From NCBI RefSeq assembly GCF_006345805.1, contig NW_021832602.1, positions 186,001 to 250,000 of the forward strand: a stretch of 64,000 nucleotides of DNA. The letters run 5' to 3'. Below are positions 27,120 through 39,429 of the stretch, in pieces. Position 1 is the first letter of the stretch. The number at the start of each line of letters is the position of its first letter. The notes under the pieces are model-generated. The model ran no database searches. It was not told the DNA's origin and was given only the letters and a program-made list of their open reading frames with translations. This DNA comes from Octopus sinensis. Lineage: Eukaryota. The position numbers and the translations under genes were made by a program.

Positions 27120-28697
27120 CATACCATTTTATTATTAAGATGCTCGATTAATTGGCAGAGAAGTATGCTTTCTCGGTCATTGTAATGCATTAAATATGCA
27201 AGCTTTATAGAAGACCTGTAGATTTACAACTTCATCATATGTTGAAGAACTTTTAAAACATTTCTGACCAAGAAAGATGCAAATTGTTTCTTTTTATCGC
27301 CGCAGGATAAAATGTAATATTGCTAATAATTTTTTATTTTTCAAAAGGTTAGAAAATTCTAAAGAATCAAAAATTGCCAATTTGCGAAGGTCGAGTGTAT
27401 ATAAATATTAAAAACAACGTTTTAAGTCTAATAATTACTCCAAAATACCCGGCAGAGGTTATATAAGTGAGCAGGGGCTTTCTTTATTTGTAAAAATGTG
27501 TAACAACGGGATATTTCGGAAATAATTGACCATTGAAAATGATCGCATAACAAATCAAATCTAAATTTTAAGTCAATATTTAAAAAAATAAATCCAAGTA
27601 AGCCAAAATCGAGACTTCTTACCAAAAAATGTAAATAGAAAAAAAATCCATTCGAGTTTTTGACCACGATTAAGATACAAAACACGGCTATTTCGATCAA
27701 AGAAGTCATCATACTCAACAATCTTTCAATAATTCAACTAAGAGTAACAGTTATCAATTTTTGTAATTTCATTTTCATTCAAAAAATAAGACATCTTTGA
27801 TCAATTTTCGATATATCCTTTAATTGCGCGAATTTAAAATTACTATTTTTAGTTCAACTATTTCGTATCTGTCAGTAAGTACTTCTTTTCATCTTTCTAA
27901 AGGAGGCCAATTGTCATTTATTTTATGGGACGCTGAAATAGTTTTATGCAATGATAAATCAATTTGTGTTGAAAATTCAAATACAACCGCCAAACAGAAC
28001 AGAATTACTTATTTTTAATTATTATTTATGAAAAATATTTTAATACTTAATTTTGATGTCTAAATTAATTTTTTGATTTTTAGATAAATATCTAAAAAAC
28101 GACAGCAAAAATTTTGCACAGGCCGTAGATAGACGCTATTCCATCTTATAGATTTTTATGAATCGGAATTGTGTGCGCATTGGTGTCTGTCAATGACTCG
28201 GTCTGGATATATTATTTAGGTCGCTGCAGCCTCTTTCTTGTAGTCTCGTTAGAAAAATCAAGCCTGCCTTTAAGAAAAAAAAAGTAAACAAGAAACTCCA
28301 TAATTATCCTACTGGAGCCAGAGTGGAGACAGTACAGACAAAAAATCGCTATCCATCAACGCTAGGATACTCCGGTTAACGACCTCTGAGACAATTAGCG
28401 CTTTGATTGAATAGATAATAAAATTTCTTAATAATGCTCGATAATTCGGGGTTTTTGGAAATAGTCACCATCGAAAAAAGGCTATGTTAAATCTCATAAC
28501 AAGACCGTTTCCTTAACTACATAACCTGTTTTTGTTCTCTTGGTTTCGCGTTAAATAAAATATTCAATTCAATAAAAAATCAAATTTGTCTTTGAATCCG
28601 ACGTTATTTTCCAGATCCCAAATTTGTTTTACTGTGGTTTACAAATAATGAGAATGGAATATATTTTAGAGAAAGACCAAATTAAAAAACAACAAAA

Positions 28698-29642
28698 TTA
28701 AGCCTTGGTAGCCTCAAGAAGAGCATCTTCCTCAGATATCAAGGTCTCTCTTTCCTCCCTGCTAAAAAAACGAACGTGAATATTATTCTGATGGGCATAT
28801 TCGGACATGTTAATTCTCGGCGTCCTCGAAATGGTGGCAACTTCAAACTTTTCCGGGACCAATTTGCCCGACTGTGTTGTCTTGCTCAACACACGGAATG
28901 CCATCCTAACAGCCTCCTCCAAAGACAGATCCTCACTATAAACAGTTTTGAGGTGTTCCACAGCAGCCAAAACATAAAATACATGCAAAACTAACAGCAC
29001 TGTTGTTCCCTATCGACGTGGCCTTGTAACCGACATAATTCCCGCTTGGATCGGACGAAAAGAGCTGGAATCCCCTCTCCTTGTCCCACCCGGCGTAGAT
29101 AAAAGCCACTCCGAAGGGTCGGAGACCTACGGGTCCCTTCATCAGAACAACCTCCGTACAAAGTGTAACTGTGGTTGATCTCACAAACAGAGAGGACCAA
29201 CTCTTCACACAAAATGGGTTCCCGAAACCGAATAAAATGACTTGATAAATGTGATTGAATACTCTTTTGATATTCTTCGGAGTTCTTCGATCAGGACATT
29301 GGCATCCGCTGTTGTTCCCGCCACTGTGCAGATCATGTCACTGTGTTTTATGTTTTATGGGTGTAACTCGTGTAGTTTATATATTTTCTCGGGATGGGAT
29401 GGGACGTCAAGAAGGGGATGGACTGCTCTCTTCTCTGACATGATTACAATTCCTTCAGAGCAGTAGATTCCTATGCAGGGGGATGAGTTCTCGATTGCCT
29501 TCATGGCGTATTCTATTTGATGTAGTCGTCCTTCTGGTGAAAATGTTGTTGTGTGCGAGTCATATTTCCGAGCCTAAAATTAGTTTTATTAAATGTATTA
29601 ATATATATCTTATTTAACACCAGATCAACCAGAACCAACCAT
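28698..29642 (-). CDS. PSMA4: Proteasome subunit alpha type-4 (about 258 aa, 5 introns)
   Basis: M|[23 protein letters not shown]; [13 protein letters not shown]; SDPSGNY. ATG-only first exon with a 66-nt intron. The last intron lacks an AG. Confidence 0.95.
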
Positions 29643-29874
29643 TCTAACACTTGTGATTTATATTATTTTATTTTTAAAAAGTTAACAAATTACAAGTAAA
29701 TTGTTATTATACTAAATATCGTCAAGAGTCATGGTAATCTAAGGGGAATCTGTATGAATCACCGGAATGTCTGATAGACTAATAATTGATTTATATGTTT
29801 TCAATATTTAAACATATTTTTTTTCTCGTAGAATAATTTTTTTATAGAAACGAATACATAATAGGAACAGGTAT

Positions 29875-30740
29875 TTAATTAGCAGCAGAGGATAAGATGG
29901 AATGGGAATTCCCACGCAAGATGGATATTGATATGCGTTGGAAAATCCATGTCCGTTCCCGATGATCATTTCTCTTTCTGCTTGCCAGGTCTCCCAGTTT
30001 AATAAGGAATTTTTTAGTTCTGGGACCGAGGACTCCCGATGTCTCCACTGCGATCGGGGCAAAGATATGGCGGTGAGATAATGCACTGTATTTCTTGATT
30101 TTTAGCGTTTCGGCCAGGTTAGCTGCGGAGCCCGGCTCTGCGGCTGACGTAAAGATGTTTCCGGCAGAGAAGGTGTCCGTGAAAGTTGCGTCCCAGATGA
30201 GCGACTTGCCATTTTCGAAGGGGAAAGTCGTTAGGCCGTCAGGACGTTTACCATCCTCCCAAACCAGACCGACCGGTTTCAACTGTGATGGGAATCCGGC
30301 AGTTTCGAGGGTCCGCTTGACTATGTTGTTCAGGGCAGTATGTCGGGGAAAGCGTCCGGAGCTTTTCTGGTACGATAATGGGTGCAATCCAAAGGTGTCA
30401 ACAGTCGATCCACAGCGGCATCAGTGTTCTTGGCATACGTTTAGTTCCAGGCGCAATGAGACGCCGATCCTCAGGCAATCGTCATTCAATAAGGTTCCAA
30501 TAGATCCCATAGAGATAGCGTTCAACCAAGCCCACCCAAGCGATGTTGGTTAAGCTTAGGCTTGAGGTTGTTCGACTTCTGATCACAGAGAATCCTGTCC
30601 CATTCGTCTTGTCCGTGTGTATTCTTCGGAAGCTCAAGAGACATCCCAAACCAGCGACTTTCTGCGGCGACTGATTCTGAGTCCATAGGAGAATCGGTAA
30701 CGGGTTGGAGAATTTAAACATATTGTCTGTGATCACCTTT
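29875..30740 (-). mobile_element. CRE retrotransposon 3' part with its natural C-terminus
   Basis: SGRFPRHTALN..DGKRPDGLT..WDATFTDT..AVETSGV..FQRISISILRGNSHSIL. Confidence 0.9.
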
Positions 30741-30764
30741 CATTCTTCAATTCCCCCTGTCTGT

Positions 30765-31085
30765 TGGGGACAAATGCGTTTACGAGGAAAACCGTGTTTG
30801 GTTTCGTGGCTGGATTAGCCGGCTTCAGAGGGAGATTCGAAGGGAAATCCGCGAACTCGAAAGTTCACGGTGGAAGCGAGCCTGCAGACGCGTAGACGCC
30901 CGCTTCCCGGACTTTTGGAAACAGATGAAGAGCCTGTCGAGGAGAGGGGAAGCAAATTCAGTGCGCCTTAAACGCTCTAAAGGAACCCTCGTCTCAGACC
31001 CGGTTGAGGTGGCTGAAATATTTTCAACCCATCTCAATACCAACTCTGGAACTAACGAAAGTAGGTTCGTCAAGGCATCGTCCTT
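30765..31085 (+). mobile_element. Fragment of the same LINE family as 11-1605
   Basis: Near-identical to about 920-1222 (GGGACAAATGCGTTTACGAGGAAAACC..GGTTGAGGTGGCTGAAATATTTTC). Confidence 0.9.
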
Positions 31086-33285
31086 TGTTTAATGTTACTG
31101 TCAACTTTCTATTTATTGCCAACAAGGGGACCGACCAAAATAGTGGTAAAAACGAGATTTAAAGCTTGAATGTCATTTTATCATGTTTTTTTAATTAGCT
31201 TGCTATTTTTTGTTTCCAACCGGTTTATTAGTCAAAATAAAGAAAATAAGTTTTTATTTGAGAACATTTTTAGGAAAGCCACTTAAATAATTTATTAATG
31301 TTTTTTTATTTTTCTCCGTTTCTTGTTTAGTATGTTTTCGATAGTTTTATGTAACTAACAATAAATCGAAAAATGTTCGATTCTAACAAAAAATGTTTTG
31401 AAATTTCACTTGAAGGACTTGATTATACCTGCGTATAAATTTTTAATAAATTAATTAAGCACTTAACTAAATTAATTAATAAACATTAATAAAAAATTTT
31501 AATAAGCCTGAAAAAGTGGTAAAAAATAGAAGAATGTTAAAAATAGAAAAACATAAGAAAAAAACAGAATTTCATTTTTTCGATAAAAGGGAGAGAGCAA
31601 ATCATAGAGGTGGTAAATTAGAGAGGTTTGCGTGTATTTTATTTGCCGTTTTGCTCAAAGCTGGGACGCCTAGTATTTTGTGAAGATTAAAAAGAGTAAA
31701 TGAGTTTATCACGCCATGAGAAACCCGAATTTCATATTTTTTGTAATATATTAACTTTCTAAGTTTAATTTATTTTATTGTTTTCAAAATTAATTTACTA
31801 GCATAATGGTAGAGGAGCAATTGTGTACTGATTGTAAAAGAATATATTTATTCATAATTTTTGTCAAAATAATTAGTCAGATAACATTGAAGATTTATTA
31901 TAAATAGAACGATCCGAGATAATCGGAATATTCGAATGGTTAAAAACTTATTTTAATAATTACAGGGTAACATTTGCGGGAAAGGAAATTGCTCAAATAA
32001 TTGTTTGAATTCATCTTATGATTCGGGAGACAGTTTTATATTCTTATACAGAAAAAAATCAACTTTTTTTGAAAGACGTTGGTCAAAAACGAATTTCAGT
32101 ATCAGTAGAAATTATTTCAAAGGGTATAGCATAAAATATTCACTACTTTTAGAAATATGTATATTAATAACTTTAAATACATCAGATTGCTGGAGCGGGG
32201 GAACTTCGGAGATGTATGAAATACATACAATAATAATTTATTTAGGTATCTTTGCATAAATACAAAAAAGATGGGAAATTATATGCCATCAAGGAAGAAG
32301 AGCGGGAAAAACACCGAATTACAATGAATGAGGCTAGAAGAAACGAAATTTATGTTTTTTCTCTAGCAACAAAGTTACAAAACAAATTTTTGTCCCATCT
32401 TCATTCACATTTTTACTCAAAGGTTCTAATATATTAAAAAAACTTCAGTATTTTTCATTCATTGTCTTTGAATATCTTGAATTTGGAAACTTAGAATCTA
32501 TGATATCTACAATGACATTCCAATTGTCAAAATTCTACGCTGTTTGTATTTTGCTTGGTCTCGAGTTTCTCCACGAGCATAATATTATGCATAGGCATGT
32601 CAGTTTTTATAATTTAGCAGAGACTTAACACTGGAAAACATTTCTGTGGGATCAGACGGGTACGCTAAAATTGCTAACTTTGAAAATGTCAAACCAAAAA
32701 TGAAAATGAATTCAAAAATTAAAGAAATTGTGGGAATTGTTGACTATTTCGCTCCAGAAGTTGCTAGAAAAGAAGAATATACCAGAACAATTGATCATTG
32801 GATGTTTGGGGTCTGTCTGTTCCGAATGTTATTTAAAAGAGTTTTCAATTTTACCTTTTATTTTGTAGTTTCCATTTTTTGGTCAAAACTACAATGCTGT
32901 TATAAAAGCAATACTTAATAAAGAACCTGATTATTTTTTCCTCGAACTCCACTTTTCCGAAATAATGAATTGTGAAACAATAGATATTTTGAAAAAAGTG
33001 ATATCAATTTTATATTCTAGTTGTTTGCCAAAAATCCGAAAAAACGTCTTGGTAGTTCGCAAAACGGAATTGGTGACATCATCATCCATCCCTTTTTTAA
33101 GGTACCCACATTAGCCAAGACAAGTTTCATTATAGATGATGGACATAAAAGCTATCCGTACAAAAACCATCTTAATGATTCCGGGAATACAACAACCACA
33201 CGGGAGTAAACGTTCACTATCCGGGACTCTTTAAAATTAGTTTAACATTTATTTTTTGGCATTTTTAATTTTATTTATCTTTTTT
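31086..33285 (+). repeat. Inverted segmental duplication, copy A
   Basis: Aligns over about 2.2 kb with 46894-49385 on the minus strand. Confidence 0.95.
31936..33209 (+). CDS. PKN/AGC-like predicted pseudokinase, copy A (360 aa, 7 introns)
   Basis: M|GNICGKG; ERGNFGDV; YAIK; HR|DLTLEN; ANFEN in place of DFG; FAPE; YTRTIDHW; KRLGSS..HPFF. The spliced length is 1083 nt, in frame. Confidence 0.88.
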
Positions 33286-33479
33286 TGGCATTTTTGATTT
33301 TATTTATGTCCCTGGGTCAGAGTTCTAGAAGTCCTTTTCGGTAGGTATTGAGTGCCTTCTGAGCGTTTCTATATCTGATTGGAAGTTCCAACTGACATGG
33401 TGGACCCCATAACGCCACGCTAAGACCGGAAAGAAGGTAAGAGATCCCCATTTTTCAACTGTGTCGTGCCAGAAGTACT

Positions 33480-33900
33480 CATTTCCTCGCGGGCAGAGGA
33501 ACGATAACGAGAATTGGTTCCAAGATGAAACTAGCCTGCTTCGGAATCGAACCGACGACTGTCCAGATCCCTCGATATCTTTCGAAAGGACTCTGATTTG
33601 AAAATAAGTGTACAGCCTTGTTATAACAGTACACTGCTTTTTCGGAAATTTCCAGCCACTTTTTTCATCTGTGTCTATCATTTTGAAGAGTTTTCGGGTG
33701 ATGGTTTGATTAAAACGTTCTAGAATCCCCTGTGTACGGGGATTGTTTAGTCTTCAATGTATCTGAACTACATTGAACTCTTCGCATTGATTTCTCAGAG
33801 ACACATTCTTGAATTCTGAACCATTATCTGATTGCAAAATTTTGGAAGGTCCTTGTGGCTCCAGTGCTGTACACGTGAGAATCACTGGTCTAGACCACGA
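33480..33900 (-). mobile_element. Ginger/Gypsy-like integrase core fragment
   Basis: GPSKILQSDNGSEF..QGILERFNQTI..W..YN..SPFE across frameshifts. Confidence 0.7.
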
Positions 33901-34049
33901 GAGCATGTCGTTTTTGAAGAATATCAAGTATCCTCTTTCAGCGAGAAAAAGAGAGGCGCTGACCGTTTCTCTATTCTTCTGTTTAAGGATATTGTATTAG
34001 ATTTCCTGTTCTCGATTTTGGTTTACATCTGTAAGACCCTGATTCCATT

Positions 34050-37000
34050 TTAAAACTTAGATCTATGCTTTTTGGTTTTTAATTTAGTATTCAATGTTCT
34101 GATACAGAACTTTAAATCCAAAGTTACTCGGTTAGATTTCTTGAGATAATTTTTTTCTTTGACCAAGGCAGATCTCCTTTGATCACTAATTCTTTGACCA
34201 GCTACTTTAGAATTATTCTCGTAAAGTAGCTCATGGTCTTGTCCAAAGACCTGAAGCTATCCAGACAACAATTTTTTAGTTTAGATTTCTTGGAACAATG
34301 GCCAGTTTGCAGAATTTAATTTTATCCAGCAAGAACTCTCTTGGTGTTGATTTCCCTTTTGATCCCCACAACGATCGGATTGTGGTAGCTTCTTGTTTTG
34401 TAAAGGACTGACCAATCAGTAATAGATGAAAGAAATTAAGAGCAAAATGTTACATCGGTGACGTAAGCAAATTAGTCACGCTGATGAGAGTCCTTGAGTT
34501 TCTCGATGAATTATTCATTATTGGTAAAGAGTCCATTTGAGATAGTAAAAGATTCTTTCTTGTATCTGTTGACTGAGTTTACAGCCATAAGGGTGCTTTG
34601 CATTCAAGTCCCCGCATATGATGACTTCTATTTAAAGAAATTTGGCAACCTATCGCTCCTCTGACAGGAGCCGGAGGGTGAAATGTTGATTGTAGGAAAG
34701 AAAGTCAAGCGGAAAAAACGTCAAGTGGAAAAAAAGTCAAGTCCGTAAGCGGAAAAAAAGTCAAGTGGAAAAAAAGTCAAGTCGTCTTTGTTTACTTTAT
34801 ATTGTATCTTTTTCGCAATAATAGCAACTTTTAATTTTTAACAATTTTTTTCAATACTTGACTTTTTTTCCGCTTTACTTTTTTTCCATTTTTGAAATTT
34901 TCCCTTATAAATTTTCGAAATTTAGCGCAAAACGGAAAAAAAGTCAAGTCCGTAATTTCGTTAACGAACTTGACTTATTTTCCGTCTTAAAATAATCGCT
35001 TTTCCTAAATCAATTTAAGAACTTCAAAGTAATAATAAAAGTGGCCTGACTTATTTGCTTAATCTTACGCCTTGATCTTAAATATTATGCATATTGTATC
35101 TTAAATATATGGATGCCGCAAAAATAAGTGACAAAATGGAGATAATATCATCTAACAAAGGAGGAAAAAAAAATTGTTTCAAAGGTTATATGTATACAAG
35201 GCACTCGACAACAAAAAATTATATAATTTTAATTGTGTTAAAAAGTCTTCGCAAGGATGCAGAGGAAGCTTAAGAACAGATCATAACTTTGAGTTTCCTA
35301 AAGAAGGAACCTCTCACAATCACGAATTAGACGAAACTCAAATAAAACTGACGAAGTTGTGCAACAAGGCAAAACTTCTTGCAAAAAAGAGCCAAGAGAA
35401 TCCCTTACAAATCTATTCAAATGTTGTTTCTCAATGTGATACATCATCCAGATTATTCTCCCTTCTGCAGATTCTTTCAAGCGAACAATAAGAAATCAAC
35501 GCTTGTCTCTACATATTCCAAAAAATATTCTAGATCTAGAAGATATTCCATCATTTTTAACTTCAACTCTTGGTCCGGATTCAGAAAACTTTTTAATTTA
35601 TGATAATCAAAGAAGAAACGATAGACTTTTAATATTCAGCACCAATACTAATTTAACGTTATTGGCAAATTCCAAAGTATGGTATATGGATGGAAATTTC
35701 TCTATGGCACCATGCATATTCAAGCAAATATATTTTATCAGAATTGAGTTCAATTCCAGTCCAATTACAGTTATTTATGGAATATTACCTTCTAAATCAA
35801 GAAAGATTTACGAAGAATTTTTTGAGACTATTCAAAATGCAATTCATAATTTGAATTTGGAATTTTGTCTTGAAACTATTATGGCAGACTTTGAAGATTC
35901 GGTATTTCGAGCTGTCCTTGCAGTATTTGGGAGACGAATACATATTAGAGGATGTTATTATCATCTAAGGCAGTCAACCTGGAGAAAAATTCAAGAATTG
36001 CATTTAGTAAAAGAATATAAAGAAAATATTAACTTCAACATTTTTTGCGCTATGATAGACGCTCTTGCGTTTTTGCCCATTCAAGATCTGGAAGAAGGAA
36101 TAGAATTCCTAATAGATAATATACCAAAAGATGTTCCAGATTCAAAATATATAGTAGATTATTTTGATCGAACATATGTTCGTGGTTATTATCGTTGCTT
36201 AAATAAACAAGAAAACCCTTTATCTGTTAGAATACAGCACATTTCTCCATTGTTCCCTCCAATTTTATGGAATGTGTATGAAGCCATTGTGAAGGATGGA
36301 ACAATAAATTATACAATTTGACGGGATATCGTCATCCATCGATATGGAATATTATATCTTCTTTTCAAAAAGAAGAAAATGACGAAAACAATTATTGACC
36401 AGGATTCCATCGGAAGAAAAATTACGACAAGAAAAAACAAGAGTACACTCGATCGACAACAAAGGCTGCTAAATATATGTCTGGATCGCCAAAACAGAAA
36501 AAAGACAATAGGAGAAACCCTACAAGCAATTGCATGGAATATTAAATATTCTTTTGATTCGAATTAAATAATCCTTTCATCACGTTTAATAAAATCTTTT
36601 TTAAATATTTAAAAATTTTTAAAAATAAAGAAAATCTGGACTACTCTAAGAATTTTTGTAAAATTTATGTGATTTATTTTCCGGAAGAAATGAAACAGAA
36701 TAGATAAAACAAAGGAAGCGAACTATTTCGGCAGGCGAGAAGCTAACGCGAACGAAAAAAAGTTTGCGCATACAATTGCAAGTGATATCAGTTTTAAAAA
36801 ACCGATATTCTGAACCAAGCTTTTAAAATTTATTTTCACAACGTGTTGCTTAGCTGTGGCAGAACATTTAAATGAAATTACAGTCCGTAATTTCGTTAAC
36901 GAACTTGACTTTTTTTCCGTTTTGCGCTAAATTTCGAAAATTATAAGGGAATAAATTTCAAAAATGGAAAAAAAGTAAAGCGGAAAAAAAGTCAAGTATT

Positions 37001-37500
37001 GAAAAAATTTGTTAAAAATTAAAAGTTGCTATTATTGCGAAAAAGATACAATATAAAGTAAACAAAGACGACTTGACTTTTTTTCCACTTGACTTTTTTT
37101 CCGCTTACGGACTTGACTTTTTTTCCACTTGACGTTTTTTCCGCTTGACTTTCTTTCCGCATACCGAAATGTTATATTGAGCAGCCATTGTCTTTCCTTC
37201 ATCTTACCAAACGAGATCCCAATTATTTCGGGAACCTCATCAGCTCAGATAAGATTCCTAACTTTCAAGGTGATGTCTGTCTCTGATTAAAGTGAGCAAC
37301 CACCGTCTCCTTTCGCTTTGCGGTTCATCCTGATAGCATTGTAACCGGAGAATGAGGGCGTAGGATTATTAGGAGATAGTTTGGTCTCTTGTATCTACTT
37401 TGCTTTTTAGGTTTGTCAGATGTGAGCGCGAGTCTTTGGTTTTCCCTTTAATCCCATTAATGTTTAACTGGAGAGCAGTAAAGTGTTTGGTTGTTGTAAA
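34050..37500 (-). mobile_element. Degenerate I/Jockey-group LINE endonuclease region split by the MULE
   Basis: LQLNINGIK (about 37480) and IICGDLNAKHP (about 34600). Removing the MULE and one TSD restores YNISPSGSC. Confidence 0.8.
34688..37165 (+). mobile_element. Complete MULE (Mutator-like) element with about 250-bp TIRs and a FLYWCH plus MULE transposase (frameshifted)
   Basis: Long TIRs built of GAAAAAAAGTCAAG repeats; GAAATGTT flanks at 34680-34687 and 37166-37173; WYMDGNF, MADFE and GCYYH motifs. Confidence 0.93.
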
Positions 37501-38203
37501 TGGTTCTTCCGAGTTCATCATAAACCGTTAAACTTTTAGATTTCTTCTTTTGTGGTAGCATCTTTACAGCATCTTTGCGCTTTGTACTTGTATTTTCTTT
37601 GTTTCTTGGAATTTTGAACTCAATTTCTTTCGCGTGTTTGTGGTTTTTCATGCATTTGATACGTAAATTTTGTAAATAGGGAGGTGATCTATTTAAGGGT
37701 CGTGGATTCCTTTGATAGTTTTAGAAATTATCCAGATTGTGTGATTAGCTACTGATTTTATTTTGTTTATGAGTTTATTTCATAAACTTCCAGTATTTAG
37801 ATTGAGATTAACCGGTTCTATGGCTTGTGATATTTTAGCGGAACAGTCAGTTATGTAGATAGAATTGTTTCTTAAAGTTCGACCACGTATTTAACTTCTA
37901 TGTAACTGTTTTTGACTGTTAATTCAAAATCTCCTTTTTAGAAAACGTTTAATTAATAATAGTGTATAGTAACTTAATGTTAATGTTCCTCTATATGTTC
38001 GAGGATCCAAAGTAGGGCTTTCCGTGGTTGCCGACACAGATAGTAGTCAAGGTGTGTGTTTTTATCAAAAATCCAGATCTTAATGATTTCCAACCATATA
38101 AAGGATCTCCTATATAGATTCTATATTTACATCGACGATGAACGCTTCCGAATTTTTTCTGCATATTTTAATAAAAAAAAATGATTTCATATAAAAAGCA
38201 GAT

Positions 38204-39166
38204 TTATTGACTAAGAAAGAGTCGTTTCTTGGCAGTGTTCATATACGGTCTGAGTACCCACTCGACCTGAGAAGACTGGGTGGTCTCCAATGTACCCAAT
38301 ATCAGTTTATACACTACTAATCAAGCCAAAAACAACTCACATTTCATTTCAAACCTCGGACCAATTTCAGTCAAATCAATGGACTTGGTTTCACGATTCT
38401 TTTTGAATAAATGATGTCTACAAAAAAATATCAAACCTACCGGAAAGACAGGACATCACCAGTGTTAGAAAAAGTCACCAGTCGCTTGGAACTGTCTTTT
38501 GGGACGGGAAACAAATATTTGAGGATGGACATAACTCGTCTGCCAAGAGCGCTTGTCATGTTGTGGAATATCAAATGAGGAAATGCTTGACTCATCGGGG
38601 CAAGTGGAGACTCCTTCGAAATGTCGTGACGGAGAACGGCGTGGGAGAGAGTGAAATAAGCAGTCGGGCCAAACGGGAGGTGACAGACGACCAATCCATC
38701 AGGGTTCCCACGTGTTTCATTAAGGACTATCACATCCGTTATATCATTGGCACGTGCGGCGTTCATCAGTTCGGTCTCTTGGCAATTTCCGCGATTAATT
38801 CGCTGAGAATTGGGGATCAGCAAGTGCATTTCCTGAGCAAACTGACGTAGACGAGAACTTGGATCACGCGATGTCGTTATTATTATCTTTGGGTCATTTA
38901 CCCCTGCCCAACGATACTCATCGTCGCAGTGATTCACGACACCGTCTGCCCCCTTGTCGTCCCAACCCAATTTCTTGTGGATGTTTAATGCTTCTTGGCG
39001 GAGTTCGGGTGGCACAAAATCTCCTGTTTCCAGTACATTTCGAATCTTTCTTTTCTTTTCCTCGATTTGTTGATCTCGTTGTTCAATGGATTTTCTATAT
39101 ATATACTCGCGTCGTAATCGTGCTTGTCTTCTCAGCTAACAATAGATTATTAGTACAACACACCAT
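38204..39166 (-). CDS. IMP4: U3 snoRNP protein IMP4 (about 294 aa, 3 introns)
   Basis: M|LRRQARLRREYIYRKS; DDEYRWAG..DPKIIITTSRDPSSRL; EIGPRFEMK; PYMNTAKKR. Confidence 0.96.
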
Positions 39167-39307
39167 TCACACCACGATCTGCTTTTATAATTTATTTTAT
39201 AAATTAATTAACAAAAAACAATTTTTCACTATAATTATTCACCTTCTTTTTCAAATATATATGGCGTCTTAAAGTCATGCGTCTCTAAAACCTTTCGCTG
39301 CTTTTAT

Positions 39308-39429
39308 GGCCGACATAGACCAGCATTTTAACCCTTTTTTAAAATTGCAAAAAATTGATCAAGTGCCACTCTTTGTCTGTATTGATCTATGATTGATTGC
39401 TTTTCTCAATTGGCCTCTCTTTTCTAATT
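39308..39429 (+). repeat. Direct repeat, left copy, abutting the LINE (TAA)n tail
   Basis: GGCCGACAT..AAGTGCCACTCTTTGTCTGTATTGAT..TTTCTAATT; matches 41716-41827. Confidence 0.85.

Larger units (their letters stand above)
25063..27140 (-). mobile_element. Complete non-autonomous Helitron (copy 2), 2078 bp
   Basis: On the minus strand: A|TC start at 27140, (CTGT)n tract, 95-bp array, frameshifted PIF1 remnant, CTAG|T end at 25063. No TSD, as expected for Helitrons. Confidence 0.95.

Noticed and set aside
27200-28600. Short ORFs (27428-27721, 27824-28018)
   Set aside because: AT-rich, no motifs; within chance expectation.
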